Shown here one piece after another: positions 1 through 16,999 of a DNA stretch of 64,000 nt; the first letter of the stretch is position 1, and the number at the start of each line of letters is the position of its first letter. The notes beneath the pieces were generated by a model that did no database searches, was not told the DNA's origin, and was given only the letters and a program-made list of their open reading frames with translations. The stretch lies in NCBI RefSeq assembly GCF_009914755.1, contig NC_060929.1. The stretch is one strand, 5' to 3'. The position numbers and the translations under genes are program-made. This stretch comes from the human T2T-CHM13v2.0 reference genome, Homo sapiens.

Positions 1-1000
1 GCCTGGAGATAGGTACATCTACTAAAATCCTGGGCAGTGGCAAAAGTTCGTCTAGTAGGTTAGGGGCTTGGAACAAGAATGAAAGAGTAAAAATTCTGAA
101 TATGTGGCATGACAATAGGCTAATTGGCATAGCGCAAATTATGTGAATCTTTATGTTTAACCTTAAAGGATGCTCTCAGAGACTAAGTGGATAGGATGAC
201 TCATTCTATGAATGTCATCCAGCTTCACTCTTCAGCCACTCCTGTACCACAGTTGTTCATAGACAGAGTGTCCATGATGTAAGGGATGGAGGCTATTCTT
301 GGACCCAAAAATATGGGCCTCACCAAGGTTGATGTAGCTACTGCCACTGCTGAATGTCCCTCTGGTCAACAATAGTAAGATATGCTAAGTCCTTGATCTG
401 GCAACATGCCTGTGGTAGACCAGACAGCTACCAGGACTTGGATTGCCAGATACAGCAAATAAAACTATAAGATGCTCAGTTAAATTCGAGTTTCAGATAA
501 ACAATGAATGTCTTTAGTATAGGGGTGTCCCATGTAATATTTGAACATACTTTTACAAAAAAATTAAAAACCTCTTCATCATTTATCTGAAATTTAAATT
601 TAAATTGTATGTCTTATATTTTATCTGATAATCCCAACCTGGAGACCAGTCAATTCTCCACAGGGTGGTGGGGAGAGGGGACACAGATTGCCTTTACTAT
701 AATCAATACCTATCATGAATATGAGATTTCGATTTTCCCATTCAGAGTGTTTACAGAATACCTGATTTATCAACAAATATTTCACACAATATTGTCTTGG
801 ATCAATGAGCTCATTTTATAGCAACAGAGGTCTAAGAATAACTATGAGACACACTGGTGTTACTTGTACTTCATGTCCCATCAACAGCCAGGCTAACAGA
901 ATGACTTATTAAAGTCTTCTCTAAGGGACTAGTTGAGGAATAACAGTCTTGAGGGTGAGGCCTTGTCTTGATGGAATTTGTGTATTCATTGAACCTGCCA
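1..1000 (+). mobile_element. Degraded ERVL/MaLR-class internal fragment (integrase region), interrupted by MER53
   Basis: 270-371 translates, with a frameshift, to VHDVRDGGYSWTQKYG..LTKVDVATATAECPSGQQ. This resembles the ERV-L integrase zinc-finger region (GHGGRDGGYAWAQQHG..LTKADLATATAECPICQQ). Boundaries approximate. Confidence 0.65.
439..635. mobile_element. MER53 palindromic hAT-type MITE
   Basis: Starts GGATTGCCAGAT, ends ATCTGATAATCCC. Internal arms AAATTCGAGTTTCAGATAAACAATGAA / TTCATCATTTATCTGAAATTTAAATTT are inverted. About 195 bp, as recalled for MER53. Confidence 0.85.
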
Positions 1001-1129
1001 TCTTAGTAGTTGCAGGAAAAATTATTTGATAAAATGCAATCGCTAGTCATTTTTTTAAAGTCTTGACTAACAAAAACAAAACAGAGCTTCTTTAAGCTGA
1101 GGTTAAAGAATGTCTAGTTAACATCATTT

Positions 1130-1270
1130 GGATGAAAAAGTAGCAGCATTCCCTTTTCATTCAAAAACACTCTAAGAATGCCTGCTATTCCAACTCCTAC
1201 TCAACATTGTCTTAGAGGTCCACTCCAGCACAAGAAAGGTTAAATAAGATAAAAGACTGAATGTCAGAAA
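1130..1270 (+). mobile_element. Old L1 ORF2 fragment
   Basis: TGCCTGCTATTCCAACTCCTACTCAACATTGTCTTAGAGGTCC resembles the L1 RT segment encoding [15 protein letters not shown]. Confidence 0.5.
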
Positions 1271-1309
1271 CCAGAGAGAGAGAGAGAGAGAACTCATGAG
1301 AGAGAGAGG

Positions 1310-1640
1310 GCAGTTTAGCAGAGTGATGAGTAAGAAAGGGGAAGTTTCAGTGAGCTGAAAATGAATGAGTATGGAGAGTGAGAGCAGAAAGCCAAGAGTG
1401 TAGACAGTGTTTCAATATACCTGGCTTTGAAGAAGAGGAAAAAGATAAGGTGATGCCTTGAGATGGACATGAAGTTTAGGGAGATTTTAACATGAAGGTA
1501 GGAAAGACTAAAATATGTTCAAATGTGAAGAAGAAACCAGTAGAAGAGGGGAAGTTAAAGACAAAGAACAGAGGGTCTAATTTTAATGCTTAAATCACTG
1601 AAAAGGAGGGAGGAAAAGGAGCCCTGGAGGAGAAACATAT
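1310..1640 (-). mobile_element. L2 LINE fragment
   Basis: Purine-rich tract with typical antisense L2 wording (GAGTGTAGACAGTGTTTCAA..TTTGAAGAAGAGG..AAACCAGTAGAAGAGGG). Confidence 0.5.
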
Positions 1641-4600
1641 TTTTCTTATTTTTAAGAGTCATAAAAATCTCTTCTATTTCAGTATACAATAATATTTTGC
1701 TTACTTGCACTCACTAATTTATAAAACAAATTACTCCAGAATTTGGGATTATTCAAGTGGGGGCAGAGCTACAGTTGATCTTTGTGATATGCATTTTATT
1801 ATGTTTTAATTGGCTTTACCAATGAAATTAATAGGTAAAGAGAATTTGAGAAGAATGTTTATCCCATGGAAAAAATCTTAAAAAAAATCAAGCATTATAT
1901 TTGCATATCAATAATGTGCAAATTACAAATTATTCTTTTGGACTACAGACATTAAATGGAATCTTTGGTTAATAATAAGTGTTACCCTGGGGCTATAACA
2001 TAATATAATGGCAGTATTCCAAAAATATTGTATAATTCCTTGTTTTAACTTGAAAAGCCTAACACTTTTCCTTTTCCCAATTATTTCAAATTAATGAGGT
2101 TTTGCTGCAATGCAGAGAATGAATCCAGAGAACATTGCCCAATTTCCTGACCAGTACTTGAAACTTTAAACTATCTGTCTGTCTGTCTTTTTCTCCCTTT
2201 TTCTTTCTTTCTTTTAACTGAAAGCACTTTTCCAGAGTCTAATTCAAGCTGAGCTCCTTTCAGTCACACCTGCTATAAGTGTTGGTTCCCGCTCTGCACT
2301 GTTAAGTGGAGTTGGCCTGACAGGGCAATGTCCTCCCAGACTCAGGGCCTCTGGATGCAGAAAGCCAATTTACTTCTTGCTGCTTTGTCTTGGGCACCTC
2401 ACAATGTGCTTTAATGACAGCTCAGCAGTTTTAATAGCCCTTTCTAATGGCTAAAAACAGACCCAGTCTGTCCAAACATAGCCTATTCACCAGCTCTCGT
2501 CAAAACAATTCAGTTTTGCTATATGATGATGCAGCAGACCATGGAAAGCAGCCACACAGACTCTATTCAAGTCCGAAGTAGGACCCTGGGGCTAAAGCAA
2601 GTCAACCCAAGCTGTGGTCAGATTAAATACTTTTTTTTTTTTTACCGTCTGTTTCTGAAACAGGGCTTCTGTTTCAATGGGACAATGCAGGCTCCATTTG
2701 CAAAAGCAACTCAGCACAATTTAAAAAACCATTAGAGAAACTCCTTCCTTGAAGGGATGAGGGATTTTGATTTTAACTGCAGGGTGTCATTTGTGCTTAC
2801 ACACCTTTATTCCACAGCATGGAAAAAGAAAATCTGAGACTGGCTTGTGGGTAATTTGTTTAATTCTCAAAGCGAATGACCATTTGCTACTCTATTTTCC
2901 TTTTAAGCCAATTCATGTTAAATATCTGTAAACTTACTATAACTTTTTGACTTTCATCTTTGTCATCAGGTGCCTTTCATTTCAAGTTCTTTACAGTGTC
3001 CTGACCTACAAAGATACAGCAATAAAGGGAATAAAAAGTGACACTTAAATAAAAAATAACTGGTTTCCCCAGGCTCCCTTAGGGATGTAATTTTATAATG
3101 AAAATGTACTAATAATTCTTCAGTGAAAAAGTTTTTCCCCTGAGGTTTTTTAAAGGTAAATTTCTAAGCAATATTTAACAAAAGCATATTTAATGGTGCT
3201 GCCACAAACCATTTCATTCAACTATCCTTTTTGTATACATGTAGATTAGAAAATATTGTTTGTTTGATGATTATTACTTATTTATCTCAGCCAGTGTGCA
3301 AGCCTAGAGTTTTTACTTCAGAATAAACTGTAATTTAAAATAAAGATGGCTACACTATTAGTGGAAGCACATTTCAAATTACTGCATCCTCCACTGGAAG
3401 CTTGTTTGTGCAGTGACAAGGACTTCTAGGCCCAGATGACAGGTTTGTGAACTCAGGACTGTTACCCTATGTAACCTTCATGAACCCTCAGGGAGATGAT
3501 GGAACAATGGTTCAAAGTCTTAGAAAAGGTTGTAGAAGAGAAATCCATTTATTTTAAGGGTATGGTTTCTTTAGCCGACTAGAAGCTGTTCTTTTGTGTC
3601 TAAAAAATGGGTGGTTGTTGAAGTCAGGACAAAAGAAGTAATCCTTTCATCAACATTAGTTAATAAATGAAATCTGAAGGAATCATTAGAATCTGACCGT
3701 CAGAATAGTATGGAAAGTGGGACGATTGAGATGAAGACAGTGCTGGTAGGGGGATCAACCCAATGTGGCTGCTGAAGGGGGATGTATGCCAGGAATCAAT
3801 GAATGAGGATCTTTGGCCTGAGGTCGCATGCTCATGACCTTGCACTTCTATCGGGTCCTTTTGTTGAATCAGAATGCCTGGGACTTGTAGGAACAATCAG
3901 TAAAAGATGAAGGACAACTTTGATAGCTAAGAGAGGAGCACAGACCATTGCTTTCCTAGTGCTGCAGAGGGACACCACCCAGAACCGATGAGTGCAGTAC
4001 GCTCTACCCAGGCATAGAATGGAGTTCTCCAGTGGCTACTAACTCTTGGACTAACATGTCCCTGTGAAGAGATGAAGCCTTGCCAAGTTCAAAGACAAAG
4101 GTCTAAGAAAGAGTGTCAGGATAAATGCAAAGTAAAGCTGAAATCCTTGCACAGGCTGAGCAGACATAGAGTTCTAGCGTGTGGTGCAATCAATGTACCC
4201 TCACAGTTACAGACCCAGTCTACCTAATGAGGTCTAAACTTCAAGTATGGAGGATCTGACCAAAGTCCAGTGAGCCAGCTTGAGCGTATGCGTGTGATTT
4301 AAAATTTACAAGATTTATCTTAATGTCATTTCTGAGTGCCTGGGTCAGGTCTGCCCTTGTTGGAATCTGAAGAGATCTAATTTGGATATCTACCATTTCA
4401 TACCCAAGTTTGGAATGGCCGGCACTTACTTCAAGAAATAAAATTGTAAGATGCAAGTATTATTTCTTGGTTACAGTTATGCTGTGTCCAGTTTATATAC
4501 ATTCAGAGGCCAGTGCATTCACATATTCATTTTTGGGGGGTTTGGGGTGGGGAATGGAGTAGAGACTGGTTATACTATTTTGTCATGCAGAGTCTGCTGC

Positions 4601-5386
4601 CCTATGCTCTGAAAGAGGGACAGTTTCCAGTTTCCTTAACATTGTAACGCCTCAGGCAGTATATGAAGTCCACCTGGAGTTTGTGGTAAAGCAAATTTTT
4701 ATAATATCTCTACTTCTTTGTCCTTGGTGGTGAGTTTTGCTTCAAGCTAGTTCTAAAATTCAACAAGAATGTCCCAATATTTCCTAACAGAGAGAGAAAG
4801 CATGCAAGTGGTTTGAATTTGGAGCATATTTTCTATTTTATCACCTTTAATGAGAGAGTCAGAGCCTGTCACTCATGTGATTGACTGGCTGCCTTCAATA
4901 TGTTTTCCAGGGAATTTAAGAAGTGCAGTATTTTCTTTTCTCTGTTGCCAGTATCAGTGACACTAAATATTTAATTACTAACTAGGGCTGCAGTAGCTGC
5001 TCCTCAGGAGTGATGAATAACGAGCCCCTGTATATTTGTGAACTCCCTGTTGATGGCTGATTAGGTTGACTATGCATGGAGAGATTGAGCATGGATGGTT
5101 TATTGCTCATGGTGAAAGAGGAAAATGTAATGCCGAGAACCTTGACGAAGCTGAAAATGTAAAGGCTGCTTTGTCATTGGCGTGTAATTTTCACAGTGCC
5201 TTGAATAAAAATAGTTCTTTCAGTTTGTCTAATTTTTTTTAAAGAGGTATCAAAGTGTCTTTTAAATCTGTTCTGAAATTTACTCGTTTATATCCCTGTG
5301 GTATATTACTGTCCCCATAGTATGATTTTTCATTTTTACAAGTGGAAAAGCTGAATCACAGAGAAATTACCATTTTACATATAAAA

Positions 5387-5697
<311 letters not shown>

Positions 5698-5777
5698 TAT
5701 TGTTATTTTATTATTATTATTTAATTGCATACACTTAGCTAGTGTTTCCAATATAGTGATGATAATCAGTTTCTGAC

Positions 5778-6165
5778 TATGTAAGTATGCCAGGGCTGAC
5801 ATAACTAAGTACCACAGACTGGGTGACTTAAACTAGACATTTATTTTCTCACATTTCTTCTTGGAGGCTAGAAGTTCAAGATCAGGTGTCACTAGGGTTG
5901 GTTACTTGCCTTAGTCCTTCTCTTTGGCTTGTAGATGGCAATCTTCTTCCTGTGTCTTTGCATGGTTTTCCTTCTGTATATCTTTTTGTCCTGGTTTGCT
6001 CCTCTTATAACCACGCCAGTCAGATTAGGACCCATCCTTATGACCTCATTTTAGCTTAACTGCCGCTTTAATCATCCTGTCTCCAAAAATGGTCATAGTC
6101 AGAGGCATCCAAACTTAGGACTTCAATATATGAATTTTGGAGGGGACAAAATTCAGCCCAAAGCA
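5778..6165 (-). mobile_element. MLT1 (MLT1A/B-like) MaLR solo LTR
   Basis: AGGGCTGACATAACTAAGTACCACAGACTGGGTG...GGGGACAAAATTCAGCCCAAAGCA. Flanked by a 5-bp direct repeat CTGAC (5773-5777, 6166-6170). Confidence 0.85.
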
Positions 6166-6339
6166 CTGACTTTGAATGATAAGTCACATTGATCTGGTTT
6201 ACTTTATTATCTTTTTGGGACATATTTATTACAAGGAAGGAAAGCAAATAATATATTTTTGTGGAATATGAAAAAACAGTTGATTCTTATGTGTAAAATC
6301 ATGACTAATTCCAAAATAAATGACTTCATTTTGTGTGTC

Positions 6340-6720
6340 AACTAAACCTGAGTACTTTTTTCAGAGGGAGGTGATCTCAGGAAGTGCCAGTAAGGAGATA
6401 GAGAAAAGGAGGAAGAAGCCAATTCAGAAAATGTTGATGAGAGGATCTGCTATTTGCAGCTGTAGCTTTTTTCCACGGGGATCTTTAGGGAGACAGCTCA
6501 GAGCATGCCTCAGTTATCTCACACCAGGGACCAGGAAGCTAGGTATCTAGACACAAACTTCCGTCTCATCTGTTGTGGGCCTCCCAGGGGCATGAACTCC
6601 CCTAGGAGTTTTTTTGGTTTGACTTTTGCCAGTTTGCACAGTCTGTGGTCACAAGGAGCACCAGATGATTGTACTAGAAACGGTGATGAATACAGAGGTA
6701 ATATGAGTGAGGCATTATCT
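6340..6720 (-). mobile_element. LTR16-like ERVL LTR fragment
   Basis: GGGAGGTGATCTCAGGAAG..AAGAAGCCAAT..AGCATGCCTCAGTTATC..GAAGCTAGGTAT resembles recalled LTR16 sequence. Confidence 0.5.
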
Positions 6721-6999
6721 CAATATTTTTTCAGGATTAATTCTGTGTTGTTATTCCTTAACTTTGTGATTGTGCTCTCTTTTACTTTCTTTTCTTTTTA
6801 AGTCTTAATTTAGTCTTACTGGTAAATGTCACTTCTTAGTGGTTAGTCAAAAAACACAATTTTAATAGTTATTGTACCACAGTAAAACGTTTTCAATGGA
6901 AAGCACAATAAGTACCTATATTGTTATGAATGGCAATACAGGCCATAAGCCATATTGGACGTAGAGCGAAATGGAATAAACTGATTAACCACAGTATAA

Positions 7000-7250
7000 C
7001 ATAATAGTTAAGAGGATATTGGCTTTGAAACCTTGAAACAAAACTGACCTGGATTCAAATTTTAGATTTGATGCTTATTAACTGTGGAAACATGAACAAG
7101 ACATTCTCTGAGTTTTCTTATAAAGAAAAGACAGTAATAGTGGTTTTTCTCATTGGATTGTGTGAGAATATGTCAAGGTCTTGCCATAATAACTTTTAGG
7201 TCATCAGTGCTCAATAGAGAAATGATTATAATGATTAAGATAATAATAGC
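7000..7250 (+). mobile_element. MIR fragment
   Basis: GACCTGGATTCAAAT..CTTATTAACTGTG..CTCTGAGTTTTCTTATAAA..GGATTGTGTGAGAAT MIR core. Confidence 0.6.
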
Positions 7251-9129
7251 AATAAACAGGGTTCAGGGGTTTAGTTTTGGTTTCTTTTAGTAGCCACGAT
7301 ACACGTGATTATGGACTTGTCCTCCTGATTGGTGTCAGAAAACCTACTCTCTAGTCCTGGATAGCCCAAGTCACGTACTTTCTACATTTGTTAAAAACAA
7401 GCAAACAAATAGCATCAAAATCTGTGGTTATTTGCCCTATCTACCCTAGAGATTTTTGTAAGGCTCAACCCTATTAATGAAACTTCTGTGTTATAAGGTG
7501 ATGTGTGAATATAAGCATTTTTGGTATACTATGCTTAACCTAGTAGTATAGCAGCCATTTCCTCTTCTTTCGTTTTGTCAAATTGAGATTTAGATATGAC
7601 ATTACGATTTTTTTTTCCCTAAGACTATCTCTCTTCTTTGCCACAGACCTTAAGTACATTATACCCCTAATAAGCCACTTAGAAAGCAGAAGTATTACGT
7701 TAAAATTTGGGAAAACTGGATCTTCCAATATGTTCAGGTAGATAATAGACAGGTTCAGAGGTTCTCCACTGAATCTGGTTTCATAAATCCTCGTATATTA
7801 GTCTGGTTCCTTCCATTCATTATCCGCAGTATCTTCCAGCTCTGTAGAATCTTACCCTTTTCTCTCTGTGTTCCAGATGTAACGTTGTGTGTGATTTCAG
7901 GTAAAAATTTCACTCTTTTGCAGACAGATGACCCTAAGCCAGTGTTTGTCATTTTGTGAACTGCACATAGCATTGCTTTAATTAAACACCCTATTCCAGG
8001 ATTCTTTCTTTTCTTCCCTTTTCTTCCAGGGAACATTTCTTTTCTGCTAGAATAAAATAGTTTTTTGATCCACTTTTTTTGTACAGTACCTTTAAAAAAA
8101 AAAAAAGATTATGACTGCTCTCTCTGACCCCCATCTTCCCACAAATTTCAATTTGCCTGCCACTCAAACCCAAAATTAACCTTTCTAAAACCATTGTATT
8201 TGCTAAATATAAGCTTTTAGGGAAATTGGGTTGTGATTATAGGATATAAACTGGCAACTGGTATTTCTTAACAATGATAAGGTTTATGATTTAACAGAAA
8301 TACTATAGAGGTTGAGGTCATACATGCCATCATGCTTAATTGACTGAGTATAGCCCCTTTTTGTCCTGCCCCAAGACATAAATTCCATTCCATTTCAGTC
8401 ATTTTCATTCAGTTACATTTGCTTCTAATCCCTTCCCATTTCATTCCATCCTACCCCATCCCATGCCATTTAATTCTTCCTAATATACGTTAGGTACCAA
8501 CCTTGAGAAAGGCACTTTTCTAGGTAATAAAAACCACTCTATGTAATCTGTAAGGTTTCAAGCTGTTGTAGAGTCTGAGGAAATAATTAACATTAGGATA
8601 GGAGAAACTAAATTTTAGTTTATTTTTTTCTGCCAACTGTGTTATTCGAAGTTGGCTACTGTGTGTGTTTGGACTAGGAAGAAGTAAAAAATCTCCTTCA
8701 AGATACTTTGCAAGGTTAACTCAAAGGATAGCATTTAGTCTCTGTTCTTCACTGGGTAAAGAGGAGGTGGTGGTGGACTTATGTAGCCCTTCAGTGAGAT
8801 TTAAATTTAGTTGCAAATTGCTGTCCACCTTGTAAATAGTTACTGTAAAGGGCTTTGTGATTGCATCCACAACATTCATTACACTTCTCTTACTTTATGT
8901 TGCTACCATGTCATTTGTGTGAGGTTTACCCAGTCCATCCCCAGTTCCAGGAGTCCTCCCTGATTAGTTTTATAAACCATTCAGGATCATCTTTAAAACA
9001 CTTAAAAAATTATTTTAGGCACAAATAGGTGTCATAAAAAGCATAAATATTAGGTGTATGGCTCAATGAATTTTTATTTATCTACATGCCATATAAAACT
9101 AGTAAAAAATTAGGGTAATAGTAATTCAA

Positions 9130-9510
9130 CCTTTTCTTACTTTGAGATTGCTTCAGTGATAATCAAGTGACCCAGGATTAAACCAGTTAGGGCATGGCAT
9201 TTCTTTTAGCTTCAGTGACTAGTTGAAGGTTGGTCTAATGAGAACAACGCATTTGCTAACCGTAGGAAATGACTGTCTCTCCAATCCACTGTGAAGTAGG
9301 GCCTGTTGTCTTAGGTATTGCTGATGGCCATCTGGTGACCACAGGGAGTGCTAGCATGAAGAGAATCATTTACAGAGGAAGGTATGGATGTCAGGAACCC
9401 AGATTAATCTCTAAAACTCACCCTTCTCTTCGATACTCTTATTGTCTGATTCAATAAATGCATTGAATGTATTTTGGGCTAGATTTCCTTTTACTCAAGA
9501 CCCAAACAAA
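9130..9510 (+). mobile_element. Old MLT1 (J/K/L-like) LTR fragment
   Basis: GTGACCCAGG..CAGTGACTAGTT..GCTGATGGCCATCTGGTGACCACAGGGAG..CAATAAATG. Confidence 0.45.
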
Positions 9511-9903
9511 GTTAAAATAGTTACCTTTGCACTTTTTGTTCTTTTAGGAGCTGACTCACTTTTTTGTACACAAGCAGCTCCTTGTACACTTCATGAGACC
9601 CACAAATATCACTGATGTAGGCCTCAAATTTTGAGTGGTTGTCTTTTCACTTTTCATATCCTACATTCTAGCAAAAAAAAAAAAATCATCTGGTTTCTAG
9701 TCCTTGAGAATAAAACCTCTTTCACATGGAGAAAATATGAATATGCAAAAGGGGAGAGTGAAAAGATTTCCTGCCTCATGAAAATTCAATTTATAATATA
9801 AACATAAGTCTTCTAAAACCACAAAAATTTAGAACAAAGAGCCGTAGATATCATGTTAAAAGAACTGGATTCAAGTCCCCATTCTACCCATAAGTAAGTT
9901 GTG

Positions 9904-10240
9904 TGTATTAGTCTGCTCTCATGCTGCTAATAAAGACACACCCAAGACTGGGTAATTTATAAAGGAATGAGGTTTAATTGACTCACAATTTAGCATGGCT
10001 AGGGAGGAGGAAGGCAAAGGAGGAGCAAAGGCATGTCTTACATGACAGCAGGCAAGAGAAGGTGTGCAGGGGAACTCCCCTTTACAAAACTATCAGATCT
10101 CATGAGACTCACTCAATATGATGAGAACAGTACTGGAAATACCATGCCCCCATGATTCAATCACCTCCCACAACACCTGGGGATCATGGGAGCTATAATA
10201 CAAGATGAGATTTGTGAGGGGACACAGCCAAACCATATCA
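9904..10240 (-). mobile_element. THE1 (C/D-like) MaLR solo LTR, inserted in a MIR remnant
   Basis: TGTATTAGTCTGCTCTCATGCTGCTAATAAAGAC...GGGGACACAGCCAAACCATATCA termini. MIR-like sequence continues on both sides. Confidence 0.9.
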
Positions 10241-10560
10241 CTATGTGACATAAGTCAATTTCCCTGTTTTAGTATCTTTAACTGTGAAACAAAAGAGTTA
10301 GATTATGTGCTTCCTAAAGTTTCTGCTAGCTTACAAATTTTTTTTTGACTTTTTTTTTTTTTACTATAAGTTCTAGGGTACATGTGCACAATGTGCAGGT
10401 TTGTTACGTATGTATACATGTGCCATGTTGGTGTGCTGCACCCATTAACTCATCATTTACATTAGGTATATCTCCTAATGCTATCCCTCCCCCTTCCCCC
10501 CACCCCACAACAGGCCCCAGTGTGTGATGACCCCTTCCTGTGTCCAGGTGTTCTCATTTT

Positions 10561-14388
<3,828 letters not shown>

Positions 14389-14451
14389 TATGATGTTAGT
14401 TGGTTATTTTGCTCGTTAGTTGATGCAGTTTCTTCCTAGCATCGATGGTCT

Positions 14452-15464
14452 TTACAATTTGGCATATTTTTACAGTGGCTGGTACCAGTTGTTCCTTTCC
14501 ATGTTTAATGCTTCCTTCAGGAGCTCTTTTAGGGCAGGCCTGGTGGTGACAAAATCTCTCAGCATTTGATTGTCTGTAAAGGATTTTATTTCTCCTTCAC
14601 TTATGAAGCTTAGTTTGGCTGGACATGAAATTCTCGGTTGAAAATTCTTTTCTTTAAGAATGTTGAATATTGTCCCCCACTCTCTTCTGGCTTGTAGTGT
14701 TTCTGCCGAGAGATCCACCGTTAGTCTGTTGGGCTTCCCTTTGTGGGTAATGCGATGTTTCTCTCTGGCTGCCCTTAACATTTTTTCCTTCATTTCAACT
14801 TGGTGAATCTGACAATTATGTGTCCTGAAGTTGCTCTTCTCGAGGAGTATCTTTGTGGTGTTCTTTGTATTTCCTGAATTTGAATGTTGGTCTGCCTTGC
14901 TGGGTTGGGGAAATTCTCCTGGGTAATAACCTGCAGAGTGTTTTCCAACTTGGTTCCATTCTCCCCGTCACTTTCAGATACACCAATCAGACGTAGATTT
15001 GGTCTTTTCACATAGTCCCATATTTCTTGGAGGCTTTGTTCATTTCTTTTTACTCTTTTTTCTCTAAACTTCTCTTCTCTCTTGATTTCATTCATTTGAT
15101 CTTCAATCACTGATACTCTTTCTTCCAGCTGTTCGAATCAGCTACTGAAGCTTGTGCATTTGTCACATAGTTGTCGTGCCATGGTTTTCATCTCCATCGG
15201 GTCATTTAAGGGCTTCTCTACACTGTTTATTCTAGTTAGCCATTTGTCTAATCTTTTTTCAAGGTTTTTCACTTCTTTGTGATGGGTTCAAACTTCCTCC
15301 TTTAGCTCGGAGAAATTTGATCATCTGAAGCCTTCTTCTCTCAACTCATCAAAGTCATTCTCCGTCCAGCTTTGTTCCTTTGCTGGTGAGGAGCTTCGTT
15401 CCTTTGGAGGAGAGGCGCTCTGATTTTCAGAATTTTCAGTTTTTCTGCTCTGTTTTTTCCCCAT
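14452..15464 (-). pseudogene. L1 ORF1p, disrupted
   Basis: Start ATGGGGAAAAAACAGAGC at 15464. Fragments RNEQSLQEIWDYVKRPNL and MLRDFVTTRPALKELL. Frameshift near 14790 and premature stop at 14470. Confidence 0.95.
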
Positions 15465-16486
15465 CTTTGCGGTTTTATCTACCTTTGGTCTTCGATGATG
15501 GTGACGTACAGATGGGGTTTTGGTGTGGATGTCCTTTCTGTTTGTTAGTTTTCCTTCTAACAGTCAGGACCCTCAGCTTGCAGGTCTGTTGGAGTTTGCT
15601 GGAGGTCCACTCCAGACCCTGTTTGCCTGGGTATCAGCAGGGGAGGCTGCAGAAGAGTGAATATTGCTGAACAGCAAATGTTGCTGCCTGATTGTTCTTC
15701 TGGAAGTTTCATCTCAGAGGAGTACCCGGCCATGTGAGGTATCAGTCCGCCCCTACTTGGGGGTGCCTCCCAGTTAGGCTACTCGGGGATCAGGGACCCA
15801 GTTGAGGAGGCAGTCTGTCCATTCTCAGATCTCCAGCTGCATGCTGGGAGAACCACTACTCTTTGCAAAGCTGTCAGACAGGGGCATTTAAGTCTGCAGA
15901 AGTTTCTGCTGCCTCTTGTTTGGCTATGCCTTGCCCCCAGAGGTGGAGTCTACAGAGGCAGGCAGGCCTCCTTGAGCTGTGGTGGGCTCCACGCAGTTCA
16001 AGCTTCCTGGCCACTTTACCTACTCAAGCCTCAGCAATGGCAGGCGCCCCTCCCCCAGCCTCACTGTCACCTTGCAGTTGGATCTTAGACTGCTGTGCTA
16101 GCAATGAGCGAGGCTCCATGGGTGTGGGACCCTCTGAGCCATGCACGGGATATAATCTCCTGGTGTGCCATTTGCTAAGACCATTGGAAAAGTGCAGTAT
16201 TAGGGTGAGAGTGACCTGATTTTCCAGGTGCCATCTGTCACAGCTTTCCTCGGCTAGGTAAGAGAATTCCCTTACCCTTTGCGCTTCCTGGGTGAGGCGA
16301 TGGCTCGTCCTGCTTTGGCTCATGCTTGGTGGGCTGCACCCACTGTCCTGCACCCACTGTCCGATAAGACCCAGTGAGATGAACCCAGTACCTCAGTTGG
16401 AAATGCAGAAATCACCCATCTTCTCTGTCACTCATGATGGGAGCTCTAGACTGGAGCTGTTCCTATTCAGCCATCTTGGGAACATC
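15465..16486 (-). promoter_or_regulatory. L1 5'UTR internal sense/antisense promoter with degenerate YY1 site
   Basis: Minus strand reads CCAAGATGGCTGAATAGGAACAGCTCC (YY1-type core, about 16469-16479). CpGs largely decayed. Confidence 0.8.
16037..16219 (+). pseudogene. L1 antisense ORF0, truncated to 60 aa
   Basis: MAGAPPPASLSPCSWILDCCASNERGSMGVGPSEP..IRVRVT* matches primate ORF0. The TGA at 16217-16219 is probably from CGA decay. Confidence 0.8.
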
Positions 16487-16999
16487 CTAGCTTACAAATT
16501 ACTATGAATCTTTATAATTCTTGAAATTTATCAATGTCTGTTCTCTTATCAGAATCATTTCTATCTTTCCTTCCTTTTCATTCTTTCTTTCATTTTTATT
16601 GTTTTAGAAATAAGTATGCACCTGTTAATGTCCTTTATATCCTAGAAATATTTTTATTCATAATTGGTTGATGGCTATGACTAAATAAACTATATGGAAT
16701 GAGGGAAAGGAATATATAATTGTAGTTGCTCCATTTTAAATTTTGTTTAATTAATTTATTTATTTGCCTACTTACTTTTTAGCAACATACACAATGCTTA
16801 GTTGGCTTTGAAAATTTTCCACTGTCTCTTAGCTTCCACTTGTTGGTGAAGGAGATAAACTTCTCAGCTCTTCTAACATAATTCTTTCTCCAAATCTGAG
16901 GGTAAACAATAAGATTGCATTTAACCTTGAGCTAGAGAGTTAAAACACTGCAGAAAGTTTTTTTTTTTTTTTTTCTAACACCATCTCACTTCCTAGGAT

